Sequence record: NC_070902.1
Origin: Escherichia phage 11W
Length of the DNA: 31,564 nt
Strand: one strand, 5' to 3'
Part shown: piece by piece, positions 27,170 to 31,564 of the stretch
Position numbering within the stretch: position 1 is the stretch's first letter
How the letters are laid out: each line of letters begins with the position of its first letter
The notes under the pieces: generated by a model
Database searches by the model: none
Told to the model about the DNA's origin: nothing
Seen by the model: only the letters and a program-made list of their open reading frames with translations
Translations under genes and position numbers: made by a program

Positions 27170-29438
27170 AGCCTCCGGGCGTTTTGTCCCTCCGTCAGCA
27201 TTTGCCGCAGGCACCGGTAAGACGTTTACCGGTGCTTATGCATGGAACGCGCCACGCGAGGCCGTCGGGCGCGAAAGACCCCTTACACGTGACGAGATGC
27301 GTCAGGTGCAAGGTGTTTTATCCACGATTAACCGCCTGCCTTACTTTTTGCGCTCGCTGTTTACTTCACGCTATGACTACATCCGGCGCAATAAAAGCCC
27401 GGTGCACGGGTTTTATTTCCTCACATCCACTTTTCAGCGTCGTTTATGGCCGCGCATTGAGCGTGTGAATCAGCGCCATGAAATGAACACCGACGCGTCG
27501 TTGCTGTTTCTGGCAGAGCGTGATCACTATGCGCGCCTGCCGGGAATGAATGACAAGGAGCTGAAAAAGTTTGCCGCCCGTATCTCATCGCAGCTTTTCA
27601 TGATGTATGAGGAACTCAGCGATGCCTGGGTGGATGCGCATGGCGAAAAAGAATCACTGTTTACGGATGAGGCTCAGGATCACCTGTATGGTCATGTTGC
27701 TGGCGCTGCACGAGCTTTCAATATTTCCCCTCTCTACTGGAAAAAATACCGTAAAAGACAGATGACCACGAGGCAGGCATATTCTGCCATTGCCCGTCTG
27801 TTTAACGATGAGTGGTGGACTCATCAGCTTAAAGGCCAGCGTATGCGCTGGCATGAAGCGTTACTGATAGCTGTCGGGGAGGTCAATAAAGACCGTTCTC
27901 CTTATGCCAGTAAACACGCCATTCGTGATGTGCGTGCGCGCCGCCAGGCAAATCTGGAATTTCTTAAATCGTGTGACCTTGAAAACAGGGAAACCGGCGA
28001 GCGCATCGACCTTATCAGTAAGGTGATGGGCAGTATTTCTAATCCTGAAATTCGCCGGATGGAGCTGATGAACACCATTGCCGGTATTGAGCGTTACGCC
28101 GCTGCAGAGGGTGATGTGGGGATGTTTATCACGCTGACCGCGCCGTCAAAGTATCACCCGACACGTCAGGTAGGAAAAGGCGAAAGTAAAACCGTGCAGC
28201 TTAATCACGGCTGGAACGATGAGGCATTTAATCCAAAGGATGCGCAGCGTTATCTCTGCCGTATCTGGAGCCTGATGCGCACGGCATTCAAGGATAATGA
28301 TTTACAGGTCTACGGTTTGCGTGTCGTCGAGCCACACCACGACGGAACGCCGCACTGGCATATGATGCTTTTTTGTAATTCACGCCAGCGTAACCAGATT
28401 ATCGAAATCATGCGTCGCTATGCGCTCAAAGAGGATGGCGACGAAAGAGGAGCCGCGCGAAACCGTTTTCAGGCAAAACACCTTAACCGGGGCGGTGCTG
28501 CGGGATATATCGCGAAATACATTTCAAAAAACATCGACGGCTATGCACTGGATGGTCAGCTCGATAACGACACCGGCAGGCCGCTGAAAGACACTGCAGC
28601 GGCTGTTACCGCATGGGCGTCAACGTGGCGCATCCCGCAATTTAAAACGGTTGGCCTGCCGACAATGGGGGCTTACCGTGAACTACGCAAATTGCCGCGC
28701 GGCGTCAGCATTGCTGATGAGTTTGACGAGCGCGTCGAGGCTGCACGCGCCGCCGCAGACAGTGGTGATTTTGCGTTGTATATCAGCGCGCAGGGTGGGG
28801 CAAATGTCCCGCGCGATTGTCAGACTGTCAGAGTCGCCCGTAGCCCGTCGGATGAAGTTAACGAGTACGAGGAAGAAGTCGAGAGAGTGGTCGGCATTTA
28901 CGCGCCGCATCTCGGCGCGCGTCATATTCATATCACCAGAACGACGGACTGGCGCATTGTGCCGAAAGTTCCGGTCGTTGAGCCTTTGACTTTAAAAAGC
29001 GGCATCGCCGCGCCTCGGAGTCCTGTCAATAACTGTGGAAAGCTCACCAGTGGTGATACTTCGTTACCGGCTCCCACACCTTCTGAACACGCCGCAGCAG
29101 TGCTTAATCTGGTTGATGACGGTGTTATCGAATGGAATGACCCGGAGGTCGTGAGGGTGCTCAGGGGCGCATTAAAACACGGCCTGAGAACACCAAATCG
29201 TCAGCAAAGAAACGGAAGCCCGTTAAAACCACATGAAATTGCACCATCGGCCAGGCTGACCCGGCCGGAACGATTGCAAATTACCCGTATCCGCGTTGAC
29301 CTTGCTCAGAACGGTATCAGGCCTCAGCGATGGGAGCTTGAGGCGCTGGCGCGTGGGGCTACCATAACATATGGCAGGAAGACGTTTATATATCCTACAA
29401 TCGATGTGTGTTTGGGATATTCTGCTTTTACAAAATGA
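27159..29438 (+). CDS. A: Rolling-circle replication initiator (P2 gpA, HUH endonuclease)
   Basis: 759 aa from the ATG at 27159 (MAVKASGRFVPPSAFAAGTGK). HUH motif TPHWHMMLF and tandem tyrosines YIAKYISKN. Last ~25 residues differ from what I recall of P2 A. Confidence 0.92.
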   Translation: MAVKASGRFVPPSAFAAGTGKTFTGAYAWNAPREAVGRERPLTRDEMRQVQGVLSTINRLPYFLRSLFTSRYDYIRRNKSPVHGFYFLTSTFQRRLWPRIERVNQRHEMNTDASLLFLAERDHYARLPGMNDKELKKFAARISSQLFMMYEELSDAWVDAHGEKESLFTDEAQDHLYGHVAGAARAFNISPLYWKKYRKRQMTTRQAYSAIARLFNDEWWTHQLKGQRMRWHEALLIAVGEVNKDRSPYASKHAIRDVRARRQANLEFLKSCDLENRETGERIDLISKVMGSISNPEIRRMELMNTIAGIERYAAAEGDVGMFITLTAPSKYHPTRQVGKGESKTVQLNHGWNDEAFNPKDAQRYLCRIWSLMRTAFKDNDLQVYGLRVVEPHHDGTPHWHMMLFCNSRQRNQIIEIMRRYALKEDGDERGAARNRFQAKHLNRGGAAGYIAKYISKNIDGYALDGQLDNDTGRPLKDTAAAVTAWASTWRIPQFKTVGLPTMGAYRELRKLPRGVSIADEFDERVEAARAAADSGDFALYISAQGGANVPRDCQTVRVARSPSDEVNEYEEEVERVVGIYAPHLGARHIHITRTTDWRIVPKVPVVEPLTLKSGIAAPRSPVNNCGKLTSGDTSLPAPTPSEHAAAVLNLVDDGVIEWNDPEVVRVLRGALKHGLRTPNRQQRNGSPLKPHEIAPSARLTRPERLQITRIRVDLAQNGIRPQRWELEALARGATITYGRKTFIYPTIDVCLGYSAFTK

Positions 29439-29492
29439 ATGGTGTCGGAACATAATATTTTCAGGTGTTCAAAGAGTTTGTTCTGATGTTCT

Positions 29493-29520
29493 TGCTATTT
29501 TTGTTTCTTTTGATGAAAAT
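29493..29520 (+). promoter_or_regulatory. Candidate sigma70 promoter for the hotspot membrane-protein gene
   Basis: ttgcta, 16-nt spacer, gaaaat; about 35 nt upstream of the ATG at 29554. Confidence 0.3.
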
Positions 29521-29553
29521 GGCGTCTTTAAAATTGGTTAAAAGGTGTGTTGT

Positions 29554-30042
29554 ATGGATGGTTTATGGGAAAAAATATCGTCTTATAATATATTTAACAA
29601 TCTCTTTCCCGGTGCTTTGTTTATTTATTTGTTTGAGCGGGCAACCAATGTGATATTATCCACAGATGATGTTGTTAAGAATGTGGTACTTTACTATTTT
29701 ACGGGGATAATTATCGGAAGGATTGGGTCTATTGTTTTTGAGCCTGTGTTGAAATTTTTGGGGCTGGTAAAATTTGTTCCATATGAGGAATATATCTCAG
29801 CATGTAGAAAGGATAATAAAATAGAGCTTCTTCAAGAAACTGCAAATATGTATAGGACGTTATTCTCTATGTCCTTGGTTTTTTTGTTTTCTTTGTTTTT
29901 TGTTTCGTTTGTAGTTGGTGGTGATTACATGGCGTCGAAATGGATTTCATTGTTTTTGATTTTTGTTTTTATTGTGTCGTACGTTAAGCAAATTAAGTTT
30001 ATTACATTAAGAGTGAGTAAGGCTAATAATAAGCTGCCCTAA
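29554..30042 (+). CDS. Small multi-pass membrane protein, unknown function (hotspot cargo, tin position)
   Basis: 162 aa from the ATG at 29554 (AAAGG RBS). About four hydrophobic segments (FPGALFIYLF; VVLYYFTGIIIGRIGSIVF; LFSMSLVFLFSLFFVSFVVGG; WISLFLIFVFIVSYV). AT-rich codons. Confidence 0.6.
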   Translation: MDGLWEKISSYNIFNNLFPGALFIYLFERATNVILSTDDVVKNVVLYYFTGIIIGRIGSIVFEPVLKFLGLVKFVPYEEYISACRKDNKIELLQETANMYRTLFSMSLVFLFSLFFVSFVVGGDYMASKWISLFLIFVFIVSYVKQIKFITLRVSKANNKLP

Positions 30043-30050
30043 GGCAGCTT
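30031..30050. terminator. Hairpin between convergent hotspot genes (candidate bidirectional terminator)
   Basis: Perfect 8-bp stem aagctgcc/ggcagctt with loop ctaa, overlapping the stop of the membrane-protein gene and 7 nt from the MBL gene stop. Confidence 0.5.
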
Positions 30051-30056
30051 AACGAA

Positions 30057-31142
30057 TTATTCTTCAGTCTTATAACTCCTTGCGTATGAGCGTGGGGTGA
30101 CTGCAGTCCAGCCATCTCTGGCGGGGGCATTACTAGAATGGCGTTTATTGGTGCCTTCTGTGGCGACTACTTTGGCTCCACGCCTTGTAAAAGCATTAAT
30201 GACCGCTTGATGAGGGTGTTTATCGGAATCCGGTGCGCATGATATAAATGCACAAACACCACTTCTTCCTCCTTCGCTTACAATATTTCCAACGAGCTTA
30301 TTTAGCACCGCTGGACCGATGTTTCTCCTGCTTCCATGGTGGGGCACTTGAATAAATGATAATGAGTTATTATTTATATGATCAGCAGCCATATCTAATG
30401 CAGTTATTCCTGCATCACCTGTAAATACTAGTGTTTTATTGTCAATTTCAATTTTTAATATAACGCTTGAATTGTTTTGTGCAGTAGTTGTGTCCTTGTC
30501 ATCAATTCCCTCATCAGAGAACCAATCAGCAATATACTCGACTTGTTCTTTGGCTTTCTCAAAAAAGTAGTTATATGCATCTGTACCACTGGTTGCAGTT
30601 GTTTCTGCTTTTTCAGGCATTCTTGCAAAATCGGGGATTAATGTTTCATAGTATGCTTGTGTTGGTCCAATAACAACCAGTTTAGAATTGTCCCAAGTCC
30701 TGCCTTGAAAAGGCTCCTTAATTTCTATTCCTTTTTTTTTCGCTGATTTGACGGCATCATAGGCTTTTTGTAGATTATCTTGTATACGTCTGGCAATACT
30801 TGCATCTGTTATCCTTCCATCAGCAAATTCCTGCGCGAGATTTTCATTATGCTCCCAAGGCTGGTGAATCCAGAACTCTTTGACTTCCGCATTCTCAATC
30901 ACATGCTCAAGGCCGCCAGCATGGTCGCTATCTGGATGCGTGGATATGAGTAAGTCAATAGTATTTGTATGATAGTATTTCTGTAAATGTTCAATTATTT
31001 GTGGACCAGTGCTTGCGTACCCCGCATCAATTACGACAACTTTTTGCTCTGCTCTTGTTCCGTGGAGGTTGCCCCATCTTATGCAGATAGCATCTCCACT
31101 TTTTTTTTCTCCAACTGCTAAGAAATCAACTTCGTAACCCAT
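30057..31142 (-). CDS. Metallo-beta-lactamase-fold hydrolase, putative nuclease (hotspot cargo, old position)
   Basis: 361 aa. MBL-fold motifs VVVIDAGY, THPDSDHAGG (variant of THxHxDHxGG), TGDAG and VPHHGSRRN. AT-rich. Not part of the P2 backbone as I know it. Confidence 0.7.
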   Translation of the reverse strand: MGYEVDFLAVGEKKSGDAICIRWGNLHGTRAEQKVVVIDAGYASTGPQIIEHLQKYYHTNTIDLLISTHPDSDHAGGLEHVIENAEVKEFWIHQPWEHNENLAQEFADGRITDASIARRIQDNLQKAYDAVKSAKKKGIEIKEPFQGRTWDNSKLVVIGPTQAYYETLIPDFARMPEKAETTATSGTDAYNYFFEKAKEQVEYIADWFSDEGIDDKDTTTAQNNSSVILKIEIDNKTLVFTGDAGITALDMAADHINNNSLSFIQVPHHGSRRNIGPAVLNKLVGNIVSEGGRSGVCAFISCAPDSDKHPHQAVINAFTRRGAKVVATEGTNKRHSSNAPARDGWTAVTPRSYARSYKTEE

Positions 31143-31564
31143 TCTTGTGCCCTTCTGTAGTTTTCAACTTTATGTAAGTGTTGTACGCCAAAGTAGTGCA
31201 GGACTTGATTAGGCAATCAAAGACCTTTAAAACAATATCAGGATGCATAAATATTCGTGTCTAGATCAATAGATTAGATCGAGTTTTTGATAATCAATTT
31301 GCGCCTGCTTCTTGATAACCGTTGTTAGTGTAAATTTTGCGCAATGTAATTGGCAAATCACTGCGATATGAGTTGCGTGCCAGCCAGCTTTAATATGCAG
31401 ACTTTGCTATATCTTTCTACACGATTTTTATTTTCAGATGTGCAAGCATTAGGCGCATTGTTTTGCATGCGTTGGAGCTGCTAGTTTAGATCGTGCTCCG
31501 TCAGAATAGGCGCGACACCATGGTGGTCATGCACCTGCATTAAAACCGACCCATGAAGCGGGCG
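31143..31564. other. AT-rich non-coding right end: presumed promoter of the MBL gene and right cos-proximal sequence
   Basis: No ORF over 60 aa. Sits upstream of the minus-strand MBL gene. The window ends where the left cos sequence would resume on circularisation. Confidence 0.5.

Larger units (their letters stand above)
1..31564. mobile_element. Complete P2-like (Peduovirus-type) temperate phage genome in virion (cos-to-cos) orientation
   Basis: Full P2 gene order and near-identical protein lengths for Q,P,O,N,M,L,X,Y,K,lysA,lysB,R,S,V,W,J,I,G,FI,FII,U,D,ogr,C,B. Window begins with a sequence I recognise as the P2 cohesive end. No flanking host genes. Confidence 0.9.

Noticed and set aside
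29465-29653. 62-aa hydrophobic ORF upstream of and overlapping the hotspot membrane-protein gene
   Set aside because: Its hydrophobicity comes from T-rich sequence; it overlaps the better-supported 29554 start and the putative promoter. Probably spurious, though a leader peptide cannot be excluded.

Overview
The window reads as a complete, linear, cos-to-cos genome of a P2-like temperate myovirus (Peduovirus type) of an enterobacterial host, not a chromosomal segment. Gene order, sizes and overlaps follow the P2 map: Q and P on the minus strand; O-N-M-L-X, the lysis cassette Y-K-lysA-lysB with embedded lysC, R-S, V-W-J-I-H-G, FI-FII-E/E'-T-U-D and ogr on the plus strand; then the attP region, int and C on the minus strand; then cox, B, four small early ORFs and A on the plus strand. 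All identifications come from reading the supplied translations and from remembered P2 biology; no database search was run. The conserved backbone is interrupted at the two places where P2 itself carries anti-phage cargo. The Z/fun position between G and FI (15152..16609) is AT-rich and so heavily N-masked that its content is unreadable. The tin/old position between A and the right end (29439..31564) carries a convergent pair I do not recognise: a small multi-pass membrane protein and a 361-aa metallo-beta-lactamase-fold protein. That pair is my best candidate for an undescribed phage-encoded defence or exclusion module. Other points of note are a 919-aa tail fibre with three tandem protein repeats, a P2-like but divergent immunity region, an attP region unlike P2's, and a tape-measure gene split at an ambiguous base.
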